NCBI GenBank assembly: GCA_963710605.1
Contig: CAVQBA010000005.1
Location: forward strand, 192,001-256,000
Source: an uncultured cyanobacterium
Lineage (GTDB): Bacteria; Cyanobacteriota; Cyanobacteriia; Cyanobacteriales; Cyanobacteriaceae
Length of the DNA: 64,000 nt
Direction of reading: 5' to 3'
Part shown: piece by piece, positions 47,754-60,563 of the stretch
How positions within the stretch are numbered: position 1 is the stretch's first letter
How the letters are laid out: every line of letters starts with the position of its first letter
Program-made: the position numbers and the translations under genes
The notes under the pieces: generated by a model
Database searches by the model: none
Seen by the model: the letters and a program-made list of their open reading frames with translations, nothing else
Told to the model about the DNA's origin: nothing

Positions 47754-48252
47754 TTTAGTTTAATTGATAAAACTACATATCAAAGGTAATTATTTATTCA
47801 ATAGATTAGTTATTTTGTTTTTGTCCATTTATTAGTTTTAAGTAATTAATAATTAGTCGTTTTATATTGTGAAATTAACGTTTTGAAATAAATTTCTAAT
47901 AATATGATTAATACACAACAAAATAATTATTAGATATCACCAAGTAATAAATATGACAATCAAAATAATAATTTAATTAGCCTTTTAATTTATTATATAA
48001 CTATTTTAATTATCACAAAACGAATGTAAAATAATGTTAAGAGAAAATATGATCATGTTACAAACAACAAAAAAAATAAGATCTAATCAGAAAATAAAAA
48101 TAAGGTAACAAATATTACTTATCAATTGTTTAACTATCAATTCATGCTTAGTAGTTGATCTTTGTTGAGTGAGGAGTTCAAAATAATTTAATCTAAAGTA
48201 TAATTAAATTTCGGTAATCTAATTTTGAGAGAAACCACGATCGTTTAATCTT

Positions 48253-49384
48253 ATGATCTTCAAAAACACAATCAGTATTTTATGTTTATGTTTTTTGTTA
48301 TTAAGTTGCCAAAATAATAAATCAGTAGAAATAGAGCAAAATTCTCAATTTAAAAGAGAAGTAGAACAAGGTTTAATTTTATTTAATTCGACATTAGAAC
48401 AATCTAATGCTGAGGGAAAAATACTTTGGCGTTTAAAAACCGAAAAAGCTGTTTATTCACCTGATAAAAAAACAGCCAAATTAGAAAAATTAACGGCTAA
48501 TTTATTTAATGAAGATGTTTTAATTTTACAACTAAGTGCCGATCGAGGTGAATTAAGAAACGACGGTAAAGAAATTTATTTACAAGAAAATATTGTTGTA
48601 GTCGATCCACGTAACCAAGCTGAATTCAAAGGAGAACAGGTAGTTTGGTATCCTGAAAAAAATACGATGACGATGACAGGAGAAAAACGAGTTAAAGCCA
48701 ATCATAGTAAATTAACTGTTGAAGCAGTTAAAGCAATATACAACACTGAAAATCAAGTTTTAGAATTAGAAAAAGATGTTATAGCTACAACCAAAAATCC
48801 ATCTTTACAATTAAAAACTCAAAGTTTATCTTGGCAAATTGAAAAAGATAAAGTGATTGGTAATGAAAAACTAGATCTTGTTCGTTACGAAGATAAAATA
48901 GTTACCGATTCGATTAAAAACAGACAAAATAGAAGTAGATTTAGCTAAAAATATAGCCGTTATTAATAGTAATGTAGAATACGAATCTTTTGAACCCATA
49001 TTACAAGCGGCGACAAATCAAGTTACTTGGTATTACGAAGGGCGAAGAATGGAATCAAAGACAGCTATTACGGTAAGACAACCAGAAGAAGGTACAACCT
49101 TGACAGCTAATCAAGGTAGATTTGATTTAAAAACTAAACTAGTTAATTTAGAAGGCGGAATCTATGGTAAAACAGAGGAAAACCAAGCTCAAATTTATGC
49201 CGATAATTTAACTTGGAATTTGAATAATAAACAAATTAATGCTAGTGGTAATGTTTATTATTTGCAACTCGAACCTGAATTAAATGTAACAGGTAAAACA
49301 GCTCGTGGGAATTTGAAAGATAAAAATATTATTGTAGAAAGCGATCGAGGCGATCGAGTAATTACAACAATCTATAGTAATTAA
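48253..49384 (+). CDS. lptC: LptC-like LPS export lipoprotein (apparent +1 frameshift at ~48909)
   Basis: Lipobox LLSC; beta-jellyroll-like repeats (TLEQ...G...W.L); removing one T from GATTC (48907-48911) fuses the two ORFs in frame. Confidence 0.72.
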
Positions 49385-49586
49385 TCATGATTACTTTAGC
49401 CATTAAGATATATGATTATAAACACGATTAACCATTAACGATCAACTATCAAGACTTAATCGTCTCTCATGGTGGACAAAAAATGATACTGTAATATCTG
49501 TAAGGTTCAATAAAAAAACAATCTTAAATGATCAAAGATGTGCCAATAATTGGTACATTAACCTACATATTGATAGATTAAATTAA

Positions 49587-50747
<1,161 letters not shown>

Positions 50748-50882
50748 GCCTTCGTAATGGAAAACCCTCGAATTGAGAATTGAGAATTAAAAACGATCAA
50801 TTCTCAATATTTTTTTGACGATCACGTAGTGGTATAGCCTACGGCTAATCGCTTTTGTCAATAATTATTAATTATTAATTAT

Positions 50883-51272
50883 CTAAGCACCTAATAATGA
50901 AGTATATTCATCCATAGACAAACTATCTTCTAGTTCGTCGTTGGGATCGTCTAGTTTTATTTTAATCAACCAACCATCTCCATAAGGGTCATCAGCGATC
51001 GATTCGGGTGATTCAATTAACATTTCATTACGGTCAATAATTGTACCTGAAACGGGGGCGTATATTTCTGATACTGCCTTGACTGATTCGATCGTTCCTA
51101 AGTTATCTCCTTTTTCAATCTGATCGTCAATTTCGGATAATTCTAAAAAGACAATATCTCCTAACTCATCGATCGCAAATGCACTAATCCCGATCGTAGC
51201 AATATCATCATCGATACGGATATATTCGTGAGAATCAAGATATCTTAAATCTAAAGGATATTCTAAACTCAT
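50883..51272 (-). CDS. gcvH: Glycine cleavage system H protein
   Basis: IESVKAVS lipoyl-Lys motif; DPYGDGWLIK. Confidence 0.96.
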   Translation of the reverse strand: MSLEYPLDLRYLDSHEYIRIDDDIATIGISAFAIDELGDIVFLELSEIDDQIEKGDNLGTIESVKAVSEIYAPVSGTIIDRNEMLIESPESIADDPYGDGWLIKIKLDDPNDELEDSLSMDEYTSLLGA

Positions 51273-51560
51273 TATTTCTCTACTTGATTAAATTTTTTTC
51301 GACATTTGTTTTTTCATTATGGCTTATTCAACGTCGATCCTCAAGAGGCATCTCATTAATTGAGAATACTTCGACAAGCGATCGCACAAGTTGAGAATTA
51401 AGGCTGTAAATATAGCCGAATGAATTTGTGATTACTTCTACTTTCGCCAACCCCTCTTGCATCTCCCCTTGTAAAGAGGAGAATTCGATCGACATAAAAA
51501 GTGCAGTTATAAATTCATTTAGCTATAGTTGGTAATTAATCCCTAATCCCTATCAACTAT

Positions 51561-53309
51561 CTAACGGACATTTTTCAAGCTATCAGTTTTTTTGGTAAAG
51601 AGTTCGGTAAACAAACTTAAGACAGTACGATTTTCTTTGACTTTGATATTCACGCTGATAGACATCCCTGATTGTAAGTCGGTAGGTTCGCCACGAATTA
51701 ATAATTTTTGTGAGTCTAATTCAATTTTGACAGGAAAACGATAAAAGTTATAAATTTGATCAGGTTCTAGTGCATCAGAACCAATTAAAGTAATCTTACC
51801 TTGGATGTCACCAAATTCGCTATAAGGAAAAGAATCTATTCTGACATCAGTAATTTGCCCTTCTTGAACAAAACCAATATCTTGGTTAGTAACATAAATT
51901 TCAGCGATTAAAGGATTTTCAGGACCCACATCAGGAACAATTTTTAATAACGTATCATCAACTTGTCCGTTTCTGGGTACAAATCCCGGACTTGCTTTTA
52001 AATCAAATACTGTACCTGATACAGGTGCTTTAATTTCTTGATATTTAATAGTTTGTTTTGCTGAGCTGATTTGACCTCTTAATTCAGCAATTCGCTTTTC
52101 GTTTTCAACGACTAATTTATTGATTTGACTATCAATTTCAGCAATCCTTTTTTTATTTTCTGCCATACGATCGCGCACATCATTTTCACTGACAGCAACG
52201 GTATTTTTTAATTCTTGTTTAGATTGATTGATATCAAGGAGAATACGTTGTTTTTCTTCTTTTAACTGATCTATTTGGGCAACACGACTTTGAAGTTGTT
52301 GTTTTTGGGTTTCGTATTCTATTTTGCCATTAGCTTTAAGCTCAACTAATTCTCTTTCTCTATCTTGTACTTGTTGTCTTTGTCGATCGATTTGAATTTT
52401 AGCGATCGCACCTTCTTCAGACAACGGTTTAATACTATCAAAAATTTGTTGATCGATTTTTAAACTTTCTTGGGCTTGAGCAACAGTTTTTAGGTTACGT
52501 TGTTCAATTTCTTTTAATATTCGTCGATCGTTTTGTATTTGTTGCTGAGTATCGTTTAACTGTACTTGATTTTGATTGGATTGTCTTTGTAACTGTTGTA
52601 TTTCTAACTCTGCCGCTCTAGAGCGAGAATTTAATTCATTAAAAGCAGTTTCTAAACGAGCTATTTGATCTGAGTCTAAATTACCGACTTGAGTCTCTTC
52701 AGATAAACGAATTCTAAATACTCTATTTTCGGTCACTAACGCCGCACGATTTAAAGCTAAAGCCGAAACCTCAGCCGGAATTTGTAAACGAGCTATTTCT
52801 GCTTCTACTGCAATAGGTGTCAAGCTTGCATTTAATAAAGTACGATAAAATTTGTTTTCTTGAATCAAAGAAGTAATTACTTTCTCTAATGATTCTAGTT
52901 GGGCTTCACTGGCTGAAGAATCGAAGATTACCATCGACTCACCTTCTTTAATATGTTGCCCGTCTTCAACATTAACTCTTTGGACGACACCATTGATTGG
53001 TGCTTGAATTTCTTTGACTGTCGTTTTAGGTTTAAGTTGCCCTGTGGCGGTGACGACTTGTTCAATTTTAGCTAAGGATGCCCATACTACGGCAAAAACA
53101 GTTACACCGATAATACTCCAGGCAATTGTTCTTGACCAAATGGGTGAGGGCTTTAAAATTACGCCTTTTTCAAATTGATTGAGATCAAGATCTATATTTT
53201 GTTTTTTATTTTCTTCAACAGGTGCTTCTTCCCCTGTATTTTTACCAAATAAGATATCTCGTTCAGAGTTATCTGGCGTTTTTTGATCGTTACTCCAAGA
53301 TTTTGTCAT
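51561..53309 (-). CDS. HlyD-family membrane fusion protein
   Basis: Single TM, long coiled coil, IKAPVSGTV, DIGFV, FPYSEFG, LQSGM. Confidence 0.92.
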   Translation of the reverse strand: MTKSWSNDQKTPDNSERDILFGKNTGEEAPVEENKKQNIDLDLNQFEKGVILKPSPIWSRTIAWSIIGVTVFAVVWASLAKIEQVVTATGQLKPKTTVKEIQAPINGVVQRVNVEDGQHIKEGESMVIFDSSASEAQLESLEKVITSLIQENKFYRTLLNASLTPIAVEAEIARLQIPAEVSALALNRAALVTENRVFRIRLSEETQVGNLDSDQIARLETAFNELNSRSRAAELEIQQLQRQSNQNQVQLNDTQQQIQNDRRILKEIEQRNLKTVAQAQESLKIDQQIFDSIKPLSEEGAIAKIQIDRQRQQVQDRERELVELKANGKIEYETQKQQLQSRVAQIDQLKEEKQRILLDINQSKQELKNTVAVSENDVRDRMAENKKRIAEIDSQINKLVVENEKRIAELRGQISSAKQTIKYQEIKAPVSGTVFDLKASPGFVPRNGQVDDTLLKIVPDVGPENPLIAEIYVTNQDIGFVQEGQITDVRIDSFPYSEFGDIQGKITLIGSDALEPDQIYNFYRFPVKIELDSQKLLIRGEPTDLQSGMSISVNIKVKENRTVLSLFTELFTKKTDSLKNVR

Positions 53310-54162
53310 TGTAATAAGTTAAATAATAATAATAAATAAAGAAACAAGAATAAGTTTAAAATTAATAGTTAAGATTTGATTTAATTTTTATCTTTCAATC
53401 AATATTTTCTCAAATTTCAATCTTGATAATCTTTCACATTTTTACATAAAAAAATATAAACTTAGACTATTTGTTTATAAAATTTAAACTATAGCAATTA
53501 TTAGTATGATGAAGTACATCTCGATCCCCCACGGGTCCCTAACCAACAAAAGCGAAGCATCCTTATTCCTCCCCCGAACGTGCGGGGGATAAGAGGGGGA
53601 TAGGGGACTTGCAAATAATTAATGTACCTCATAATGATGGTAAACGCTATATCAAGATCACTGTTCTCAATTGATTATGAAAAATATATTTTAATTTTAC
53701 CGAATTAATTGATTAATTTAATTACTTTTAATTCGCTAGTGAATCAATTTATTAGTCAAGTATGTTGTTAGTTATTTTTTAGAAGTTAGTTGTATATTAC
53801 CCATTTATCTAGCAATTTTTGTCTTTTATTTAGTAACAAATAATTTAAAAATTATAGCTTGAGATTTAATTAATTTAGTAACAAACAATTTAAAATTTGC
53901 TCGTAGTTGATTAGAAAGATAAAAAAAAGCAAATTTTACCTAAGTTTAAACTTATATTTCTACTCAAAAATTAAATTTAAAGTCTTATCCTTAAAGAGAA
54001 AGAAAATAAAAATAAAAATAAAATTTGTTACAAGCTTATTCTTTTAAGGTAAAAGTAATTGTTAATTAATTTGCTTTATTATCTATAATCTATCTCTTGA
54101 TTTTCAATTTTAACGATCGTCGTCAATATTTTTAAACACATTCATTTTTAGATTCAAATTAT

Positions 54163-57100
54163 TTAGTTAGGGTTAGTAGATTTTTGTTGTTGCTGATAGA
54201 GATAAAAATAACGACCTTGCAGATTCATTAAATCTTGATGAGTACCTTTTTCCACGATCGAACCCTTATCCATCACGACAATCAAATCAGAATCACTAAT
54301 TGTGCCAAGACGGTGAGTAATAAACAATACAGTACGATCGCTAAATGCTTTAATTAAATTTCGACAAACTTGAGCTTCTGTATTATAGTCTAAAGCACTA
54401 GTTGCTTCATCTAAAACCAACATTCGTGGATTTTGTAAAACAGAACGAGCGATCGCAATCCTTTGTCTTTGCCCCCCAGATAAAGAAGCACCTCTTTCAC
54501 CCACACGAGTATTATAACCATTAGACAAACTCATAATAAATTCATGAGCTACAGCAACCTGAGCCGCTGCCACCACTTCCTCTGTACTTGCTGAAGGATT
54601 AGTCAAAGCAATATTTTCAAAAATAGTACCATCAAACAATAGACTTTCTTGAGGCACAACCCCAACCTGACGACGTAGTGAATATAATTCTACCCGATTA
54701 ACATCATACCCATCAATTAAAATTCGTCCTGATTCTGGCTCATAAAGACGAGAAACTAATTTAGTAAAAGTACTTTTACCTGCACCACTTTCGCCCACAA
54801 TCCCCACAAAAGTTCCCGCCGCAATCTCGATCGAAACATTATTTAATTGTAAAGGACCGTGAGGTTTAAAACGGAAACAAACATCATCATATTTCAGCTC
54901 ACCATTAATTAAAGGCATCGGAATATTATCACGATCATCTTCCGCTTCTTGAGGGTAATCAACAATATCAGCTAAACGTTCTAAAGAAAGAGCAGTTTGT
55001 TGGAAATTTTGCCATAAATTAGCTAAACGTAAAATAGGTGAAGTTACATAACCTGAAATAATCCGAAAAGCAATTAATTGCCCTAAAGTTAAATCTCCTT
55101 GTAAAACCAAATAAGCACCTACCCACAATACCAACAACTGAGATAGTTTATTTAAAAAAGCACTAGTTGAACTTGCTAAAGTTTGGGTAATAACAGTTTT
55201 AAACCCCGTACCAACATAATCAGCATAACGCTCTTGCCATTCCCAACGAGATTTCAACTCAATATTTTGAGCTTTAACTGTTTGAATCCCCGACATAATC
55301 TCGACTAAATGAGACTGTGTATGAGCATTACGTTCAGCTTTGGCTCTAAGTTGACGACGAATTAAAGGAGAGAAAATTAAAGTTAAACCAATAAAAATCG
55401 GAATAATTCCTAAAGCAACCGCAGTTAATAAGGGGCTATAAATAAACATAACCACAATATAAATAACCGAAAATATAGCATCTAAAACTACTGTTAAAGC
55501 AGTTCCCGTTAAAAATGACCTAATATTCTCTAACTCATTAATACGGGTAGATATTTCTCCTACAGGACGTTTTTCAAAGTACCTGAGGGGTAGCCTTAAA
55601 AGGTGATCGATAATTTCTGAACCTAAACTCATGTCAATACGATTAGTTGTATCCACAAAAGAGTAAGTTCGTAAAGTCGTCAGCACTGCCTCAAAAACAG
55701 CTATCACAACTAAAAATATACCTAAAACCTGTAAAGTATCAGGACTATTTTGGACAATCACTTTATCAATGATGATTTGAATCATCAAAGGATTAGCAAG
55801 GGCGAATAATTGCACAAAAAACGAAGCGATAAATACTTCAAGTAACGTCCATTTGTATTTAATAATCGAAGGTACAAACCAACCTAAACCAAACTTTTGC
55901 TCGGGAGTTTCTTTGGTAGTTTTGAGCAGTAAAACTTGTCCTTGTTGTCCCCATCTTTCCAGAAATTTGAGTAATTGATATTCTCTTGCACCTCGCATAC
56001 GGGGGTCAGCAACTATTACACTTTTTTCACTTGTGGCATAAATTACTACTAATGAGCCTTCTAATTGAGTGATAAACGGTCCTGCTAAACGAGAAAAAGC
56101 ACCTGCGGGGACAGGAACTAATTGAGCGTTCAAACCCATCAATTCGGTGATTGCTCCGCATATATCAAGAGAAATACGTCCTGTACGTTGTACTTGTTCT
56201 GTGATAATACGAGTTAAAATTTCTCCTCGGTAAGGAACTTTATAGTATTTACACAACATCCGCATACAAGCAATACCTACACCTGCTTCGGTTTTACCAC
56301 TAAAAAAAGGATAATCTCGAATAGGTTGACTTTTTTCAACGAATAAGGTGGTTGGTTGGTTTTGTAATAATTCGTTGTCCGCTGATGGTATTTCTTGATT
56401 ATCAATTAATACTTGAGTCGGCAATGCTTTATTGTTATCGTCATTCTTATTTTTCGGTTTTTCTTGCCAAAAGTCTTGATTTTGTTCTTGATCTTGTTTT
56501 TCAAAAGTATATTCTTCAGTTCTTATATTCTGATATTTTTGTTCTTCAATTAACTTTAAAGGTAAAGAAACTAAACGGCATTCGGTTTCTAAAAACCAAT
56601 TGTTGTTAAAAGCTAATTCTTGTCCGATACTTGCGTTGCTGATTCTGCCACTACTTAGTACCCATGTTTGATCTTGTGGCGGTGTTGGTAAGCGATCGTA
56701 TTTTTTAGCTTGCAGATGACAAACTGTAGCCATCGAGCTAATTTGACTAGCTAATTTTTTAAGATTACCTTCACCTTGTGCTAAACGATTTAGTTGTGTG
56801 CCGACTAATTCAAAAACTTCAATTAAACCAACTTGACTTTGATAATATTCTTTTAATGGTTTATGTCGATCGATTAATTGTAAAAATTTATCTCTGTCTA
56901 AAGTTAAAGCCACAACATCAGTTGAAGCGATCGCTGTTTCTGAAGGTAAACCACGAATTAAACTTTCCCAACCGACTATATTACCGTAACTTAATAATTT
57001 TAAACTAACAGGAATACTATTACGAGGATCATAAGCGATCGATCGAGCTTGCCCTTCATAAATAATAGCGATATGAGGCGGTATTTTATCTTTAACCAAC

Positions 57101-57231
57101 ATAATTTGCCCCAGTTCATATTTTAGGGGTTGAAAATCTTTGGCTATTTCTTGAACCGTCACAGGTGGTAATTCTTTAAATGGTTCTAAAGTCGAGATAA
57201 ATTCCTCAACCGAGCCAACTGTATAAACCAT
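54163..57231 (-). CDS. Type I secretion ABC transporter (cNMP-binding + C39-like + TMD + ATPase; HlyB family)
   Basis: GESGAGKST, LSGGQRQR, LDEATSALD; C39-like region reads GVGIAC, apparently lacking the catalytic Cys of DCG. Confidence 0.92.
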   Translation of the reverse strand: MVYTVGSVEEFISTLEPFKELPPVTVQEIAKDFQPLKYELGQIMLVKDKIPPHIAIIYEGQARSIAYDPRNSIPVSLKLLSYGNIVGWESLIRGLPSETAIASTDVVALTLDRDKFLQLIDRHKPLKEYYQSQVGLIEVFELVGTQLNRLAQGEGNLKKLASQISSMATVCHLQAKKYDRLPTPPQDQTWVLSSGRISNASIGQELAFNNNWFLETECRLVSLPLKLIEEQKYQNIRTEEYTFEKQDQEQNQDFWQEKPKNKNDDNNKALPTQVLIDNQEIPSADNELLQNQPTTLFVEKSQPIRDYPFFSGKTEAGVGIACMRMLCKYYKVPYRGEILTRIITEQVQRTGRISLDICGAITELMGLNAQLVPVPAGAFSRLAGPFITQLEGSLVVIYATSEKSVIVADPRMRGAREYQLLKFLERWGQQGQVLLLKTTKETPEQKFGLGWFVPSIIKYKWTLLEVFIASFFVQLFALANPLMIQIIIDKVIVQNSPDTLQVLGIFLVVIAVFEAVLTTLRTYSFVDTTNRIDMSLGSEIIDHLLRLPLRYFEKRPVGEISTRINELENIRSFLTGTALTVVLDAIFSVIYIVVMFIYSPLLTAVALGIIPIFIGLTLIFSPLIRRQLRAKAERNAHTQSHLVEIMSGIQTVKAQNIELKSRWEWQERYADYVGTGFKTVITQTLASSTSAFLNKLSQLLVLWVGAYLVLQGDLTLGQLIAFRIISGYVTSPILRLANLWQNFQQTALSLERLADIVDYPQEAEDDRDNIPMPLINGELKYDDVCFRFKPHGPLQLNNVSIEIAAGTFVGIVGESGAGKSTFTKLVSRLYEPESGRILIDGYDVNRVELYSLRRQVGVVPQESLLFDGTIFENIALTNPSASTEEVVAAAQVAVAHEFIMSLSNGYNTRVGERGASLSGGQRQRIAIARSVLQNPRMLVLDEATSALDYNTEAQVCRNLIKAFSDRTVLFITHRLGTISDSDLIVVMDKGSIVEKGTHQDLMNLQGRYFYLYQQQQKSTNPN

Positions 57232-57846
57232 AATTTATTAAAAAAATATTAGCAAAAAAATTTTAAATAATTTGTGTAAAAATAATCAATACACTATTTA
57301 TACTATTTCTCTTTCAATTTACCCATTTTCTAGATTAATTATTTCTCTATCTTTAGGTAATTGACTTACGAGTAAAAATAATATACATCATCCTAGCATC
57401 AGAATCTATCAGTGAATGATTTTGTGAAGAGTTATTATAGTTTAATTTTGATGTTTACTAAAGGTGTAAACCTTCACTGGTATCAACTTAAGCTCTAAAG
57501 AACTTACTGGCTTAGGTTTACAACCCACCTCGAAATTAATTTCTAGGCTAATAGATTACGTTCAATAAATTGAACTAAAAAAATGAAGATTTGTTATTTA
57601 CTAAATTAAAAGTATTATTCTCTACCTCAAAATTAATTCTGAAATGGTGTTACTAATCTTGTGCTATTACTAGTTTAAATTCTATGGATTTAAATATATT
57701 TAACTTTCTATCCTGATGGCAAATTTTACTCTTGTAGGATGGGTTAGGCAATTATTCATGACAAACTTTAACAAGTTGATTAATAACGAGTGCCGTAACC
57801 CATCATCAAAAATAGTTTATGCAGTAGTTAATATTTATAAATACCT

Positions 57847-59175
57847 TTAATTATTTTCTTCATCTAACAATCTTTTATCCCAATCATTAAGCATATTATC
57901 TGCTTGATCTAATAAGTTTTTTTCTGTGCTATAAACTGTATTGTCAGCAGTAATAACTTTTTGGTTAGCAAATTGTTTAGCATAGTCAATTTTGGATTGC
58001 AATTCAGGGCTACTTTGTAATATACTTGCTCTTTCTTGACGTTTTTGATTTCTTAACTCCACTTTGTTGTTACGGGTTTGTAACCACAGATAGCGAATTA
58101 AAGGAATTGCTAGATAACTGATAGCATAGACAATCAATAAATTGTAGATAGAATTGACAAACTGAATATAGCTACCCATTTCTAGAGCCAATTCAGGAGT
58201 CAGTAAGCTACCTAAAACTAAAATCAAGACAAAATTAAATCCACCTAAGAAGAAAGCTAATATTTTTTGTGAGCTACTAGCGATACTAAATTGCCAACGA
58301 TTTTCTTGTAAATAAGGATCAATATTACGATTCTCACGTTGATTAGCCGTTACTTGTAATTCAGGAAAATAATAAACTATTTCACCCTTATCAGATACTT
58401 CAGGATAACCATTAAAGCGAGTCAAGACAGGTAACATATAATCTTCATCTCGATCGTTATAGATAGTAATATTATCTAAATAAGGAGCGGCTTGCTCTGC
58501 TATAATCGCACCTTGATTACTTTGAATTACTGTACCAATATCTTGCCAACGTCTTTCTTCTAAACGAGCATTAGGATTACCATCACCAAATAAAAATGAA
58601 TAAATCGATTCGAGAAAATTAAGCTGGTTTTGCTCTGATGGCTGATTGCGATTTAAACCTCTTTGATATCTTCTTCTTTGATAATCAGGGGTAAATATCC
58701 AAAAGAAATCGGGGGTAAACCAAAAACGAGGCATGAAATAAATACCCCCACCACCACCACCACGATTACCACCACCAAAGCCACCACCATTATCATCATT
58801 ACCACGACTTGCACTAGCGGCAACAACAAGGAAAACGATCGCTAATAAGACAATTAAAATTGAAGATACAAGGATGAGACCAAAAGAAATTCTAATTAAA
58901 TAGAAAACTACTTGCCATACTTTTTTTAAAGTATTTTGCCAACGTAAACGCCAATATTTGCTTTGTAAAACACCACGAAAGTTTTTCGGGAAAACGTAAG
59001 CAATATCTCCGGTTTGGGAAACTTCTAAATTACCATTGGTATCTGCGGCGAGTTGAATCAATCCCGGTTGAACTGTTTTGATGTCTAATCCTGATTTTGT
59101 GGCAATATCTCCTACTGTCACTCGATAATCTAACTCTTCGATCGATTGCATAATAGCAGAATTAGGATTACTCAT
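57847..59175 (-). CDS. Conserved cyanobacterial/plastid membrane protein
   Basis: YRVTVGDIA...FLESIYSFLFGDGNPN...RFNGYPEV...YYFPELQ; three TM segments. Confidence 0.8.
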   Translation of the reverse strand: MSNPNSAIMQSIEELDYRVTVGDIATKSGLDIKTVQPGLIQLAADTNGNLEVSQTGDIAYVFPKNFRGVLQSKYWRLRWQNTLKKVWQVVFYLIRISFGLILVSSILIVLLAIVFLVVAASASRGNDDNGGGFGGGNRGGGGGGIYFMPRFWFTPDFFWIFTPDYQRRRYQRGLNRNQPSEQNQLNFLESIYSFLFGDGNPNARLEERRWQDIGTVIQSNQGAIIAEQAAPYLDNITIYNDRDEDYMLPVLTRFNGYPEVSDKGEIVYYFPELQVTANQRENRNIDPYLQENRWQFSIASSSQKILAFFLGGFNFVLILVLGSLLTPELALEMGSYIQFVNSIYNLLIVYAISYLAIPLIRYLWLQTRNNKVELRNQKRQERASILQSSPELQSKIDYAKQFANQKVITADNTVYSTEKNLLDQADNMLNDWDKRLLDEENN

Positions 59176-59318
59176 ATACTTTTTTGATGTTGATCTATTA
59201 TTTCTGTATTAATTACAATTCTATCTCGAAATAAGGTCAAGCTATGGGTAACTAACAATACCTCAATCGTCGGATTACCTATTTACACTTAATTTCGATT
59301 GTTAATCAAATTAAATTG

Positions 59319-59516
59319 CTATTGTGTTAGTGTTGCTTGATGATAACTTTCTATATTACGCTCTGCTATCACTTCTAAACATCCTTCGACTGCTTCTTTG
59401 ATATTACCGATTAATTCATCTCATGTATCACCTTCGGTTACACAACTTGGTAAAGCAGGAACTTCTACCCAATAACCACCCTCTTCGGCTTTGTGTATTA
59501 TTACTTTTATTTTCAT
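59319..59516 (-). pseudogene. HicB-like antitoxin pseudogene
   Basis: MKIKVIIHKAEEGGYWVEVPALPSCVTEGDT*DELIGNIKEAV with an in-frame TGA; no hicA seen. Confidence 0.75.
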
Positions 59517-59580
59517 CCTTAAATTTAATCTTATTATTGAATAGATTTTCTATTCTAATCAATCTAACATTAAACTAAAT

Positions 59581-59937
59581 TTAAGCAGACAACTTCGCTT
59601 TTTTTACTTCTTCATTAGCTCTAAAACCAACTAAAACAGCTTCATCATCTTTGACAAACAAAGGTCTTTTAAGTAACATAGCGTCATCACTAAAAGCCTT
59701 TACCCATTGCTCATCACTCCAAGTTTTTTTCTCTTCACCCAAAGCCCGATAAGACAATCCTGAAGTATTACGCATTGACTTAATACCTAATGATTTTACC
59801 CAAACTGCGATCGTTTCTTGATCGAGAATATGTTCTTTGGTATTAATAAATTGATATTCGATATTATTACTTTCTAACCATTGCAGAGCTTTTTTACACG
59901 TTCCGCAATTAGGAATACCATAAACTAAAAGTGTCAT
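59581..59937 (-). CDS. ArsC/Spx/MgsR-family protein
   Basis: YGIPNCGTCKKA, LLKRP. Confidence 0.9.
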   Translation of the reverse strand: MTLLVYGIPNCGTCKKALQWLESNNIEYQFINTKEHILDQETIAVWVKSLGIKSMRNTSGLSYRALGEEKKTWSDEQWVKAFSDDAMLLKRPLFVKDDEAVLVGFRANEEVKKAKLSA

Positions 59938-60017
59938 CAGAATTAACCAATTAAGAATAAATGAGTTGAAAATAAACCCCCATTTAATTAAAAATTAGAG
60001 GTTTATCAACAAAGGGC

Positions 60018-60061
60018 TTAAGAGTTAAGAGTTAAGAGTTAAGAGTTAAGAGTTAAGAGTT
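60018..60061 (+). repeat. Heptamer tandem repeat (TTAAGAG)6
   Basis: Direct reading; a related (TTACTCA)n tract at ~60132-60157. Confidence 0.8.
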
Positions 60062-60162
60062 AGAATCTAAAAAGAAGAAGTTGCGATTATTAATTATTAA
60101 TTCTTATTCATCCTTTCTCCTCTATTACTCCTTACTCATTACTCATTACTCATTACTTAGAT

Positions 60163-60303
60163 TTAGGCACTTACATAAGCTACATTTAAAGCCCAGATAA
60201 TTAAACCGACAATACTACCTAAAATAACGACAGCAGAAATACCTACAATAATTGGTTTGTCTGCACCATCAAATTTCATGATGCCACGATTTAAATCAGA
60301 CAT
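60163..60303 (-). CDS. ndhQ: NDH-1L small subunit NdhQ (not in the ORF track)
   Basis: MSDLNRGIMKFDGADKPIIVGISAVVILGSIVGLIIWALNVAYVSA; the NRGIMKFDGAD signature plus one TM helix matches NdhQ as I recall it. Confidence 0.82.
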   Translation of the reverse strand: MSDLNRGIMKFDGADKPIIVGISAVVILGSIVGLIIWALNVAYVSA

Positions 60304-60563
60304 ATATATTTTTCAGCTTAAATTTATAATATTCCTCAATAATAGGTTACCGCAAAAAAACAGTACTCGATCGAAAATTACTAAAAATTAAACTTTAATT
60401 ACCCTTTTTTTATTTTACCTCACCCCGAACCCCTCTCAAAAGTAGGAGAGGGGAGTTATAATCAAAAAACTTATAGCTAAAAGAAAGTGAGAAATTAACT
60501 CTTTACTCCCTCATTCTCTATTCTCCATTCTCCCCGAAGACGTGCTTCGATAAGGGATTCATC

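Noticed and set aside
51561-57231. T1SS pair as a possible bacteriocin cluster
   Set aside because: No precursor peptide or modifying enzyme nearby, and the C39-like domain appears to lack its catalytic Cys; a common cyanobacterial HlyB/HlyD pair
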